From the IMG/VR virus record IMGVR_UViG_3300003887_000057, positions 1-37,573 of that record: a stretch of DNA of 37,573 nucleotides. One strand, 5' to 3'. Under the pieces are notes generated by a model. It was not told the origin of the DNA and made no database searches. It saw only the letters and a list, made by a program, of their open reading frames with translations. This stretch comes from a virus (Duplodnaviria; Caudoviricetes). Every line of letters starts with the position of its first letter. Position 1 is the first letter of the stretch. The position numbers and the translations under genes are program-made. Below, piece by piece: positions 16,069 through 25,321 of this stretch.

Positions 16069-16513
16069 CTAAGCTGCTTTGGAATCCGTCTCGTGGACGG
16101 AGCGCTCGTTGCGATAAAGCACGAGCGCTTTTTGGATTTCATCGTCGGTCAGCAGTGGGTGATGGATTGCGACAATGATAGCCGCAGCATTTGGTGACTG
16201 TTGTTCAAGGTTTGGCAAAATAGCCTCCAATGTTGATTCGGTTTGTAGATTCAGTTTGTTTAGGTGGAGCTCTACACATGGAATCCTCAGAAAAAAAGAA
16301 AAGAGCCGACACAATCACTTGAGAAAATCTCAGGTGGAGTGTGTAGGCCCCGTAAGGATGGTTGCCTATCGGGTGAACGGAGTAAAGTCGAACTCTCTGT
16401 TCAATTGTCAAACAACAAGCCAAATAATCACACTCTAGTTTTTTGGTTTCGCTTTTTTGACGCCCTCCTTCAATGCCAACTATCATCTCTTGTGTAGAAA
16501 CGGTGTCAAGCAT
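16069..16513 (-). pseudogene. AT-rich moron gene, possibly frameshifted (ORFs 16205-16513 and 16069-16314)
   Basis: Two overlapping minus-strand frames crossing an A7GA4 run at 16291-16302; AAGG before the ATG at 16513. Confidence 0.35.
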
Positions 16514-16699
16514 CCTTGTGACCTGAGCATATAAATTAAGGCTTTTTATATCTTTAGAGTCCCTTTCTGCGCTTATGTCCCCTGTCGTTGTGGGGTAATA
16601 ACTTGTATTTGCAGGCCTGTCTCAAAATCTGCCATCAGGGTGATGCCAGAAAACACCCCACGTGTGATCCGAACCTGATGGAGGGGAGGAATCACACAC

Positions 16700-17281
16700 G
16701 TGAACACAGACGGCCAGCTTCAACCGGACCGATTAAACCAAATCCTCCCCACCCTTCTGATTGCCCAGGGCTGCCACGCCTCTTTGGAGAGCGTGGCAGC
16801 CTCGTGGCCGTTAATCGTCAAGGCGCTGCAGGATGCTGGGATCAATTCCCCGCTAGTGCAGGTGGCCGTGGCTGCGACAGTGGCTGTCGAAACCGGGCGT
16901 TCCTTCAAGCCCATCAAAGAAAAGATGGCCAACCCGCATCTGCAGCCGGAACTCTACGCGCGGCAGATGCAGTATTTCCCCTGGATTGGCCGGGGCTTCG
17001 TTCAGATCACCTGGGAATCGAATTATCGACTCTTCGGTTCGCTGATCGGAGTGGATCTCGTTTCGAATCGTGAAGCCGCCTGCGAGCCTGAAACCGCCGC
17101 CAAGGTTCTCGCTGCCTTCTTTCATCGCAACGGCATCGACAAGGCTGCGAATGCAAAGGATTGGTCGGCCGTGCGGGGGCTAGTCAACGCGGGTCACAAA
17201 GTCGATCACCCCGAACGGCTGCGGGGATGGAATGAGTTCAACGGCTATGTGCTGGCGCTGTTGGAGTCCATCGGTGAATGA
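16700..17281 (+). CDS. Endolysin, glycoside hydrolase family 19-like
   Basis: ATVAVETG...WIGRGFVQITWESNY...GVDLV...VRGLVNAG; GGAGG RBS upstream. Confidence 0.85.
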   Translation: MNTDGQLQPDRLNQILPTLLIAQGCHASLESVAASWPLIVKALQDAGINSPLVQVAVAATVAVETGRSFKPIKEKMANPHLQPELYARQMQYFPWIGRGFVQITWESNYRLFGSLIGVDLVSNREAACEPETAAKVLAAFFHRNGIDKAANAKDWSAVRGLVNAGHKVDHPERLRGWNEFNGYVLALLESIGE

Positions 17282-17552
17282 TCTCTCGACGCTGCTGACA
17301 GGACTGGGCGGCTTGATTCAGCGCATCATTCGCGAAGATCAGCCAGAGAGCACCAAGCGGGCCCTGGCTCTTTTGGCGGGTGTGGTGTTATGCCTATGCG
17401 CCTTTGGCCTCACGTTGGCTATCGAGTGGCAGGCCTGCAGTGGAAAACCCGTGGATGGTGGATTGGTAACGGTTGCCATTGCCGCCTACGGCATCTTGGC
17501 AACCCTCGCAGGCGTGGCCTATCGCAAACCCGAGGATGGTCCCAATGGCTGA
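17274..17552 (+). CDS. Putative holin (two transmembrane segments)
   Basis: GTG start with GGAG RBS overlapping the endolysin end; ESTKR followed by two hydrophobic helices. Confidence 0.65.
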   Translation: MNDLSTLLTGLGGLIQRIIREDQPESTKRALALLAGVVLCLCAFGLTLAIEWQACSGKPVDGGLVTVAIAAYGILATLAGVAYRKPEDGPNG

Positions 17553-17769
17553 AGCGCGTTGGACTGAGAAACCGGCCATGCCGGGTGAGATCTCCCGCAA
17601 GGCTCCCCATCAACATCGTTGCGCCATCTGCAATGGCCGGATGCATCTGGGCAATCACCACGTTGAGGAAGGCCCGGAGGGGCCCACCGTCTCGCCGTCT
17701 GTGGTTTGCCCGCATCCCGGGTGTGGCGGGCATTACTTCGTGCGCAATGGGAGGGTTGAATGGTGTTGA
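17545..17769 (+). CDS. Small Cys/His protein, DUF6527-like
   Basis: CAIC...PTVSPSVVC...CGGHYFVRNGRVEWC; GAGGA RBS. Confidence 0.65.
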   Translation: MAEARWTEKPAMPGEISRKAPHQHRCAICNGRMHLGNHHVEEGPEGPTVSPSVVCPHPGCGGHYFVRNGRVEWC

Positions 17770-18455
17770 ATCCACGGCTTTGGATCCTGGCCGGAGGCCT
17801 TGGGCTTTGCGTGGTCAGCGTGTTATCGCTGCATGAGTGGAAGGCGGAACGGCATCAAGCTAGTGCCACCCAACAGGCTGATGCATCCCATCAATCGTTG
17901 GAATCTCATGCAGCCAAGGCGGATGTTTTCGAAGCCCAGGCCCAGAACCAAAAGATCCAAGCATTCAAAGAAGATCCTGAAATCTTGCGCCTTCGTGCTC
18001 GGGTGGCAGTGCTGACTGAGGCCCTGAATCAGCGCGTTCCCGTAGATCCCAATCGAGGCGGGGGTGCTCCCGTGCCAGTGGATCCACCCATCGCCGATGT
18101 CGAAGCCTTGTCACGAGAGCAGGCGCTGCTGATCGCGGCCCAGGATCGAAAGGCCGAGGCGCAGGAAGCGCGAATCGTAGCCCTCGAAGGTGCGGATGCA
18201 GAACGTAAATCTGAAGCGGATGATGCCCGCCAAGAATCATCCCATCTGAGAGACGCATTGGCGTCTGCATCTAGGCATCCCAAGTGGGGTGTAGGTTACG
18301 TTCAGGGAGCAACAGCCTGGGGAGACCAGGCCCGAGGCCTATTCCTCGATCGTGACTTCTATGCTCTGCGCACCGGCGTAGAGATAACCCGCAATGCCTA
18401 TGCGGATACACGCCAAGGCTGGGAAATCCGTCTTCGGGCTGGAATCACGTTTTAG
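17760..18455 (+). CDS. Spanin-like membrane-anchored coiled-coil protein with C-terminal beta-strand region
   Basis: N-terminal TM helix, long coiled coils with a Pro-rich hinge, C-terminus KWGVGYVQG...WEIRLRAGITF. Confidence 0.6.
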   Translation: MVLNPRLWILAGGLGLCVVSVLSLHEWKAERHQASATQQADASHQSLESHAAKADVFEAQAQNQKIQAFKEDPEILRLRARVAVLTEALNQRVPVDPNRGGGAPVPVDPPIADVEALSREQALLIAAQDRKAEAQEARIVALEGADAERKSEADDARQESSHLRDALASASRHPKWGVGYVQGATAWGDQARGLFLDRDFYALRTGVEITRNAYADTRQGWEIRLRAGITF

Positions 18456-18463
18456 GAGTCATC

Positions 18464-18856
18464 GTGACCGCAGATTTTGAAACCTGGGCCACGCGAGCGC
18501 TCCTAATCGGCATGCTGGGTGTCATTTCGAAGCTGGTCTTTGATCGGTGGAAGCGCCAGGATAGCCGTGATGATGCCTTTCAGTCGGCTCTGACCGAGCA
18601 CCGAGAAGCCACTGAAAAGGCCATGAAAGAGTTTCGAGGCGAATTCATGGGGCATCTCGAACGGCTCCGCTCTAGCAATGAGACCGCCTTTCAGCAGCTC
18701 AACAGCACCATGGCCCAGGTAGCCAAAACGGCGGGCGAAATTCGGGCGCGGATGGCTGAGCGCTATGCCACGAAGGAAGACCTATCGGCATTGGAAGGGC
18801 GCGTGAAAGAGCGGTTCAAGCTCTGTTCCGAGACATGCCCAGCGCGGAAAGACTGA
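18464..18856 (+). CDS. Single-TM coiled-coil protein (lysis-module accessory or holin-like)
   Basis: AGGAG RBS, GTG start, hydrophobic N-terminal helix then heptad repeats. Confidence 0.65.
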   Translation: MTADFETWATRALLIGMLGVISKLVFDRWKRQDSRDDAFQSALTEHREATEKAMKEFRGEFMGHLERLRSSNETAFQQLNSTMAQVAKTAGEIRARMAERYATKEDLSALEGRVKERFKLCSETCPARKD

Positions 18857-18857
18857 G

Positions 18858-19619
18858 ATGCAAGTCAAGGCGAGCGTCGATATCACCTCTTTTCAGGATG
18901 GCTTGACGCTCTTCGAGCGCCAGCAAATGCCTTTCGCGCTGGCCCAAAGCCTCACACGTACGGTGACAGCTGCTCGAGCGAAGGTGCAGCAGGTCATGCC
19001 GCAGGTTTTCGACCGGCCCACTACCTCAACGATTCAGGGGGTGCGCTTCCGGCCCGCTCGCAAGGATCGGCTTGAGGAAGGCGCGGCCGTATTCATCCTG
19101 GATGAAGGCAATGGAAAATCTCTGTCGCCCAACAAGTGGCTGATCTCCGAAGTCGATGGTGGGCGCCGAGCCGATAAACGTCTCGAGGTGGCCCTGAAAA
19201 TGAAGGGGCTCATGCCTAAGGATGCGCAGACAGCTGCTAGCAAGTTTGCACCCCTGGATGCCTACGGAAATCTGAGGGGATCCTTCGTCGTGCAGCTCAT
19301 GTCCATCCTGAACCTCTTGGGAGAGACGGGCTACGCTGCGAATCGCACGGCCCGAAGCAAAGCGAAGAAGAAGAACCCCATCGAATACTTCATCGGAAGG
19401 CCCGAAAAGAGAGGCCGTGTTGGGGTATGGCAGCGCATCGACACGGCCTTTGGATCGGCCATCCGGCCCATCCTGTATTTCATCAAGCCTCCCAGCTATC
19501 GCAAACGTCTCCCGTTCTACGCCATCGTTGACGAAGTTGCCCAGGCTCGAGGACTCAAAGAACTGCGCCAGTCGCTGGATGACGCGCTTAAGACCGCATT
19601 CAACAAGGCCTCGAAATAA
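18858..19619 (+). CDS. Conserved basic phage protein (possibly gpZ-like tail completion protein)
   Basis: QMPFALAQSLTRT...VFDRPT...LDAYGNL...SYRKRLPFY pattern seen in lambda-like prophages. Confidence 0.55.
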   Translation: MQVKASVDITSFQDGLTLFERQQMPFALAQSLTRTVTAARAKVQQVMPQVFDRPTTSTIQGVRFRPARKDRLEEGAAVFILDEGNGKSLSPNKWLISEVDGGRRADKRLEVALKMKGLMPKDAQTAASKFAPLDAYGNLRGSFVVQLMSILNLLGETGYAANRTARSKAKKKNPIEYFIGRPEKRGRVGVWQRIDTAFGSAIRPILYFIKPPSYRKRLPFYAIVDEVAQARGLKELRQSLDDALKTAFNKASK

Positions 19620-19683
19620 TCTTCAAAAAACTGCCATCAGTGTGATGGCAGAAAATTGAAAAATCCGAATCGACCATGGATGC

Positions 19684-19911
19684 ATGGCTGGAACCCCGCT
19701 CGATATCGCGCAACAGCGCCTCAATGCCTACTACGCTGCCGAGACTGCAATTCTCAGCGGTGCCCAAGAATATCAACTCGAGGGCCGCAAGGTTCGCAAG
19801 GCTGATTTGATCGAGATCCGAGCGGGCATTGAAGCGCTTGAGCAGAAGGTTTCAGATCTTCAGGATGCATACCAGGGTGGCAGCCGCCTCTATCAGGGGG
19901 TGCCACTGTGA
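19684..19911 (+). CDS. Head-tail joining protein (gpW-like)
   Basis: LNAYYAAETAILSGAQEYQLEGRKVRKADL; overlaps the portal start. Confidence 0.8.
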   Translation: MAGTPLDIAQQRLNAYYAAETAILSGAQEYQLEGRKVRKADLIEIRAGIEALEQKVSDLQDAYQGGSRLYQGVPL

Positions 19912-21593
19912 GCGCCGAACTGCTTGAAATGCTTAGGGACGGATCCCGTCCAACGCGTTTGGATCGCATCATTTCGTCAGTGGCTCCGGGATGGGGCCTT
20001 GCCCGTTTTAGGGCCCGGGCGGCCCTGGCCATTGGCGGGGCGTGGGTCGGTTCCAGTAAGGACCGAGCAGAGCTGAAGAACTTCAACCCCATCGCTCAAA
20101 CTCCGGATGAAGAACAGGCCTGGGAACGTTCCACGCTCGTGGCTCGAGCAACCGATCTTGAGCGCAATGATGCCTTGGCTGGTGGCGCCATTTCAGAACT
20201 GACGACCAGTGTCGTTGGAACAGGATTGGCACTTCATCCCGAGCCAGTTGGACAGATTCTGGGATGGACCCAGGATCAAATCAGCGATTGGTCAGCCAAT
20301 GTCAAAAGCCGATTCCAGTTGTGGGCAGGCGAACCTCGTGAGTGCGATATCAGCCGCCGAAGGAACTTCTACCAGTCCCAGGAAATCCTTTACCGAACAG
20401 TCGTTAGTCGGGGGGATGCCTTCGCGCTGCTGCCCACGCGGGTGCATCCCGGTGGCGTTTGGGCGACCAAGTTCCAGCTGCTGGAAGGTGATCGCTGCCT
20501 GAACCCCAATGGTCAGGCTGATAACGAAACCACCTCTCAGGGCGTATCCATGGATGAGGTGGGAGGGTTCAAGTCCTACACGTTCGCCAAGCGTTACCCA
20601 AACATGTATCACTCCCTTGGGTCGGATGACTACCGCACCATCGACGCCTGGGGTTCAGATGGGCGCCGTCAAGTTCTACACCTATTCCATGAACACCGCC
20701 TAGATGTGAGACGGGGTTACCCGTTGTTGGCGCCGGTTATCTCAACCCTCAAGCAGATGAGTCGTCTCAGCGACAGCGAACTTGCGGCCAGTGTGGTTTC
20801 GAGCTTCTTTGCTGTTGTCATCACGAAGCCAACCAGTGGCGCCCCTGGGCTTCTGGGGTCGGCTAAGAAGACGGAAGGTGGCCAGAGTTTTACAGAGTTA
20901 GGCCATGCCCTCGTCGCAGAATTGAGTCCTGGCGAGAGCATCACAAATGTAGCTCCCACGCGACCCAACGGGGCGTTTGACCCATTTTGGCGCAGCTTGT
21001 TGGGTCAGATCGCCATGCGGATTCAAATCCCGCCTGAAGTCCTGCTCAAAAAGTTTGAAAGCTCATATACCGCGGCCCGTGGTGCGCTGCTGCAATTCTG
21101 GAAGTTCGTCACCACTGAGCGGGAAAATCTGCTGGCGCCCAATTATTGCCAGCCTCTCTATGAAGCGTGGCTATCAGAAGAGATCGCTGCGGGCCGTATC
21201 CAGGCCCCTGGCTATTTCGCGAATCCTCTGCTCAGGGCTGCCTATAGCAATGCTCGCTGGATTGGAGATAACCCTCCGATCCTGGATCCGCTCAAAGAAT
21301 TGTTGGCGGCAGAGGGTCTTGTTGAATATGGCTTCAGCACCTTCGAAGAGCAGACCAGCCGCCTCACGAACGGGGATTTCGAAGCCAACATCGCTCGCCA
21401 AGCGCGCGAACGTCGCCAGTTGAAGGATGCCGGTATTACGCCAGGAGCTCCTTCTGCGCCTGTTCAGCCTGTGGTGCCTCCTATCGATGATTCCAACTCT
21501 GAAGAGGCCCAAATTCCTCCGGTACGCGGGATTGGTCATGCTCCCGGCCTTCGTTCTGCGCTCATCGCTTTAGCCTTGAAGGAGACCGTGTGA
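19908..21593 (+). CDS. Portal protein, lambda family
   Basis: RATDLERNDALAGGAI...SVVGTGL...RGYPLLAPVI...SSYTAARGAL...DPLKE. Confidence 0.93.
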   Translation: MSAELLEMLRDGSRPTRLDRIISSVAPGWGLARFRARAALAIGGAWVGSSKDRAELKNFNPIAQTPDEEQAWERSTLVARATDLERNDALAGGAISELTTSVVGTGLALHPEPVGQILGWTQDQISDWSANVKSRFQLWAGEPRECDISRRRNFYQSQEILYRTVVSRGDAFALLPTRVHPGGVWATKFQLLEGDRCLNPNGQADNETTSQGVSMDEVGGFKSYTFAKRYPNMYHSLGSDDYRTIDAWGSDGRRQVLHLFHEHRLDVRRGYPLLAPVISTLKQMSRLSDSELAASVVSSFFAVVITKPTSGAPGLLGSAKKTEGGQSFTELGHALVAELSPGESITNVAPTRPNGAFDPFWRSLLGQIAMRIQIPPEVLLKKFESSYTAARGALLQFWKFVTTERENLLAPNYCQPLYEAWLSEEIAAGRIQAPGYFANPLLRAAYSNARWIGDNPPILDPLKELLAAEGLVEYGFSTFEEQTSRLTNGDFEANIARQARERRQLKDAGITPGAPSAPVQPVVPPIDDSNSEEAQIPPVRGIGHAPGLRSALIALALKETV

Positions 21594-22978
21594 AGCTCAT
21601 CGACTTCATCACTTCGCCATGGGCGATTCCGGAAAGCCGCCTGCTTGAAATCCGGGAACTCTACCTGTCGCATACGCGCCGGGAAAAGCTGGATTTGCGT
21701 GGGTGGGAAGCCGCTACTGGGCGGCCTACCGGAGATTCTCCAGCGCCCTATCAGGTGCAGAACGGTGTCGCTGTCATCGATGTCGTGGGGGTGATGGCGA
21801 AGTCGCCCAGCCTTATCCAGCGCATCTGTGGCATGACCAGCACGGCCCAGATTCGACAGGATCTTCAGACAGCCCTGCAAGATCCCACCGTTTCCAGCAT
21901 CATCCTGAACTTTGATTCCCCGGGCGGCACCGTCGATGGCACCCAAGAACTCGCCGATGCCATCTATGCGATCCGAGGTCAAAAGCCCATCGTGTCATTG
22001 GCAGATGGCTGCATGTGCAGCGCGGCCTATTGGGCGGGGTCTGCCGCCGACGCCATCTACATCGTCAGTAACACGACCGAGGTCGGTTCCATCGGGGTCG
22101 TAGCCACCCATGTGGATGTGTCCACCTCCGAAAATGCAAACGGTCGCAAAACTACCGAAATCACGGCGGGCAAATACAAGCGCATCGCTAGCAGCTATGG
22201 CCCGTTGAGCGATGAAGGGCGGGCCACCATTCAGGCGCAGGTAGATCACATCTACAGCGTCTTTGTTGATGAGGTTTCAAAATTCCGGGGCGTGTCATCG
22301 GACACCGTCCTGGCGGATATGGCCGATGGCCGGGTGTTCCTGGGTAAACAGGCGATGGATGCGGGGCTGGTGGACGGTGTTTCCACCTTGCAGACCCTCA
22401 TCGGCGAACTGTCCTCGGGATCATCCGCGCGTCATTCGGCGGGGGCCGGTGTTGCTCCATCCACTCCAACCATCTCTCAGGAGAACCCCACCATGAATCT
22501 CACGGAGCTTCGAGAGAAGCATCCCGAACTGGCCAAAGCCCTCGTTGAAGAGGGCAAGGCCGAAGGCCGCGTCGAAGGCGCAGCCCAGGAACTGACCCGC
22601 GTGAAGGGTTGCCTTGGCGCATCCCTGCAGGGTTACGAGCAGGTCGCACTGGAGGCCGCGCTTGATGGCGTGACTCAGCCCGGTGATGCCGCGTTGAAGG
22701 TCGTGGCTGCCCAGCGGGCCGACCTTGCGGCCGCTCACCAGCGGTCAACGTCAGGGGGTGTTAAGCCTATGCCCTCTATCGAAGACCCCCTGGTTACCGA
22801 CGCAGCAGATGCCAAGCGTCTTGCGGAAGAAAACGCCGCCAAGCAGTCTCAGGATCCCAAGACTCGCTGGGATGCGGACAAGGGACTTCGGGAGGAATTC
22901 GCCAATGACTTCGAGGCCTTCCAGGCCTTTAACCGCGCCGCGGAATCGGGTCAGGCCCGAATCCTCGGCAGCAAGTGA
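21590..22978 (+). CDS. S49 (SppA-like, lambda gpC) prohead protease with scaffold extension
   Basis: DSPGGTVDG, CSAAYW, VGSIGV, AGKYK; internal AGGAG-ATG at 22493 could start a nested scaffold protein. Confidence 0.92.
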   Translation: MKLIDFITSPWAIPESRLLEIRELYLSHTRREKLDLRGWEAATGRPTGDSPAPYQVQNGVAVIDVVGVMAKSPSLIQRICGMTSTAQIRQDLQTALQDPTVSSIILNFDSPGGTVDGTQELADAIYAIRGQKPIVSLADGCMCSAAYWAGSAADAIYIVSNTTEVGSIGVVATHVDVSTSENANGRKTTEITAGKYKRIASSYGPLSDEGRATIQAQVDHIYSVFVDEVSKFRGVSSDTVLADMADGRVFLGKQAMDAGLVDGVSTLQTLIGELSSGSSARHSAGAGVAPSTPTISQENPTMNLTELREKHPELAKALVEEGKAEGRVEGAAQELTRVKGCLGASLQGYEQVALEAALDGVTQPGDAALKVVAAQRADLAAAHQRSTSGGVKPMPSIEDPLVTDAADAKRLAEENAAKQSQDPKTRWDADKGLREEFANDFEAFQAFNRAAESGQARILGSK

Positions 22979-22986
22979 GGTGATGC

Positions 22987-23538
22987 ATGGCACTCACTGC
23001 CAATACTTCCCGAGCGTTTGAACAGGGTGATCGCAACGAGTTCGGAGTCTCCGCTACTACGGTGGTCTACGAAGGCGCTGCCGTGGGCCTCAACCCTGCG
23101 ACTGGCCTCGCTCGTCCGGTAGCCACCGGCGATATCTTCGCGGGTTTCGCTGAAGCCAAGGCCGACAATTCCGCTGGCGCGGCCGGTGCCATCAATGTCC
23201 GGGTGAAAGATGAGGGCAAGGTCATCCTGGCGATTTCTGGTGTGGCCATTACCGATATCGGTAAGGCCGTGTATGCCACGGATGACAATACCTTCACCCT
23301 GACCCAGGGAACGGGGGTGTACGTCGGCCGCATCTCGCGCTGGATTTCCTCTGGCATCGCCCTGGTGTCGTTCGAGAGTGAGTTCGGCGGAATCATGACC
23401 GAACTCACGAATTCCACCGGTGGGACCGCAACGCTCACGCTGAACGACGTGACGGCAACGCCCACCCAGGCCCTCATCAATAACAACTTTGCCTCCGTGC
23501 TTGCTGTGCTCAACAGCATTCTGCGGATGGCTCGCTAG
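22987..23538 (+). CDS. Capsid decoration/cement protein (DUF2190-like) with C-terminal extension
   Basis: FAGFAEAKADNSAGAAGAINVRV...DIGKAVYATDDNT; between protease and capsid genes. Confidence 0.75.
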   Translation: MALTANTSRAFEQGDRNEFGVSATTVVYEGAAVGLNPATGLARPVATGDIFAGFAEAKADNSAGAAGAINVRVKDEGKVILAISGVAITDIGKAVYATDDNTFTLTQGTGVYVGRISRWISSGIALVSFESEFGGIMTELTNSTGGTATLTLNDVTATPTQALINNNFASVLAVLNSILRMAR

Positions 23539-23547
23539 GAGCGGACC

Positions 23548-24498
23548 ATGGGCGCAGACCTCCTCTCCAGCCGAGCGATCATCGGCTGGTATTACAAGCG
23601 GCTTGAACAGAATCCGGGGATGGCCTGGATCGATGGCATCACCAACTACTTCACCTCCGATCAGGACAAGGAAACCTACGCATGGCTGGGTCAGGCTCCC
23701 CAGCTCAAGCCCTGGGTTGGCGGTCGAGATGCCAAGGGATTCACGCAGAACAAGATCGATATCACCAATCTGCACTTCGAAAGCACGGTCGAGTTCACGA
23801 AGAAGGACGTTCGTCGCGACAAGACGGGTCAGGTGCAGGTTCGCATCAACGATCTGTCCGATCGCACCAATAGCCACTGGGCTTCCCTGGCTTCGGCTCT
23901 CATCGCCAATGGCGAGGCGACGACCTGCTACGACGGCCAGTATTTCTTCAGCACGACCCACGCGGAAAGCAACAGCGGCACTCAGAGCAACAAGCTCACG
24001 GTTACGCTTTCGAGCCTGCCTTGTCAGGTGCATGGCGTGGCTGCCGCGCCCAGTACGGAGGAAATGCAGCAGTGCATCCTCAAGGCGATCGCTCAGATCA
24101 TCAGCTTCAAGGATGACCAGGGCGAACCCATGAACGAGAACGCCGCGGAGTTCCTGGTCATGGTGCCCACCAGCCTGTACCTGACGGCCCAGGCGGCCGT
24201 TAGCAATGCTGTGTTGGCGAGCAATGCCATCAACCTGATCCCCAATCTGAGCGCCTTCAAGATTGGTGTGGTCATGAATGCCCGACTGAACGCCTGGACC
24301 ACCAAGTTTGCGGTGTTCCGGACGGATGGCAGTGTGAAGCCCATCATTCGCCAGGAAGAGGCTCCCGTTGTCCTCAAAGCGAAAGCCGAGGGCTCCGAGT
24401 ACGAATTCGACAACGATGCCTGGCAGTTCGGCGTCGATACGTGGCGCAACGTCGGATACGGCCTCTGGCAGGGCAGCTGCCTTATCGCGATGGCCTAG
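23548..24498 (+). CDS. Major capsid protein, Mu gpT-like
   Basis: ETYAWLGQAP.LKPWVGGR...N.HFESTV...CYDGQYFFSTTH...FGVDTWRNVGYGLWQ. Confidence 0.9.
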   Translation: MGADLLSSRAIIGWYYKRLEQNPGMAWIDGITNYFTSDQDKETYAWLGQAPQLKPWVGGRDAKGFTQNKIDITNLHFESTVEFTKKDVRRDKTGQVQVRINDLSDRTNSHWASLASALIANGEATTCYDGQYFFSTTHAESNSGTQSNKLTVTLSSLPCQVHGVAAAPSTEEMQQCILKAIAQIISFKDDQGEPMNENAAEFLVMVPTSLYLTAQAAVSNAVLASNAINLIPNLSAFKIGVVMNARLNAWTTKFAVFRTDGSVKPIIRQEEAPVVLKAKAEGSEYEFDNDAWQFGVDTWRNVGYGLWQGSCLIAMA

Positions 24499-24506
24499 GC
24501 CTGATG

Positions 24507-24536
24507 GGGGCGGATGCGCTGGGTATCCGCCCCTTT
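24507..24536 (+). terminator. Stem-loop/terminator after the capsid gene
   Basis: GGGGCGGATGC-GCTGG-GTATCCGCCCC-TTT. Confidence 0.65.
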
Positions 24537-24548
24537 CCTGGAGAATCC

Positions 24549-25025
24549 ATGAAAACCATTCGAACACTTCAAGTCGTTCATTTCTTCCCGGGTGCGGTGT
24601 TGCAGTTGACTCCGGATCAGGTGGAAATCCGATCCCACAATCTGCGAGATCTCAAGGATGGAACCTTCGAGGTAATTCATCCCATTGAATTCAGAGCAGG
24701 CGAAGAGATCGGCTACAGCGGTGACATTACGCCTGCGATGGCTCGGGTCGTGGATACGCTCGATCTGACAGATGGCCTGCCGCTGGAAGATACGGACCGG
24801 GAGTCGCTGCTGGCGATTGCCCAGGGTTTGGGCCTGAAACCCAATCCCAATACCGGCAAGGCGAAGCTGATCGAAGCCATCAAGGCAGAGCAGGACCGCC
24901 TTCTAGCTGAGCAGAATGCTGCTGAAGCCAAAGCCGCCCGTATTGCCGAACTCGAAGCCAAGGGCGATGCCATCTCTGATGAAGAGAAGGCGGAGTTGAA
25001 TTCGTTGAAATCGGTCAACCCGTGA
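24549..25025 (+). CDS. Head accessory protein with Rho-N/HeH-like motif
   Basis: GGAG RBS; RESLLAIAQGLGLKPNPNTGKAKLIEAI. Confidence 0.65.
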   Translation: MKTIRTLQVVHFFPGAVLQLTPDQVEIRSHNLRDLKDGTFEVIHPIEFRAGEEIGYSGDITPAMARVVDTLDLTDGLPLEDTDRESLLAIAQGLGLKPNPNTGKAKLIEAIKAEQDRLLAEQNAAEAKAARIAELEAKGDAISDEEKAELNSLKSVNP

Positions 25026-25321
25026 TCGATCTCGCCTCCGATCTCCGCTTCCTGCTGGGTGACGTTCCCGGCTCTGCACTGGTTCAGTGCGGGGCCGAGA
25101 GCGGCTACGGCTTGAAGATCGAGGCCTCCAAGCTGGCCGAGCATCGTTTTGGGAATCTGGATTTCCAGGCAACCGAGACGGTGCTCGTCTACGACCCCAC
25201 GCAAATGCCCTCCGTGGCCAAAGGTGTGAGCTTGATGATCGGAGGCCTGCCGTTCAACGTCGTGAAGCCCGTCAAACGCCGTGAGGATGGTTCCGCCCTC
25301 GCTGTGGTGGTGGCTTCATGA
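25022..25321 (+). CDS. Head-tail joining protein (gpFII-like)
   Basis: 99 aa, beta-rich, coupled at both ends; position in the connector block. Confidence 0.55.
   Translation: MIDLASDLRFLLGDVPGSALVQCGAESGYGLKIEASKLAEHRFGNLDFQATETVLVYDPTQMPSVAKGVSLMIGGLPFNVVKPVKRREDGSALAVVVAS

Noticed and set aside
22951-24567. 538-aa minus-strand ORF and similar long antisense ORFs (e.g. 2726-3850)
   Set aside because: Shadow frames of well-supported GC-rich + strand genes, with no motifs or RBS.
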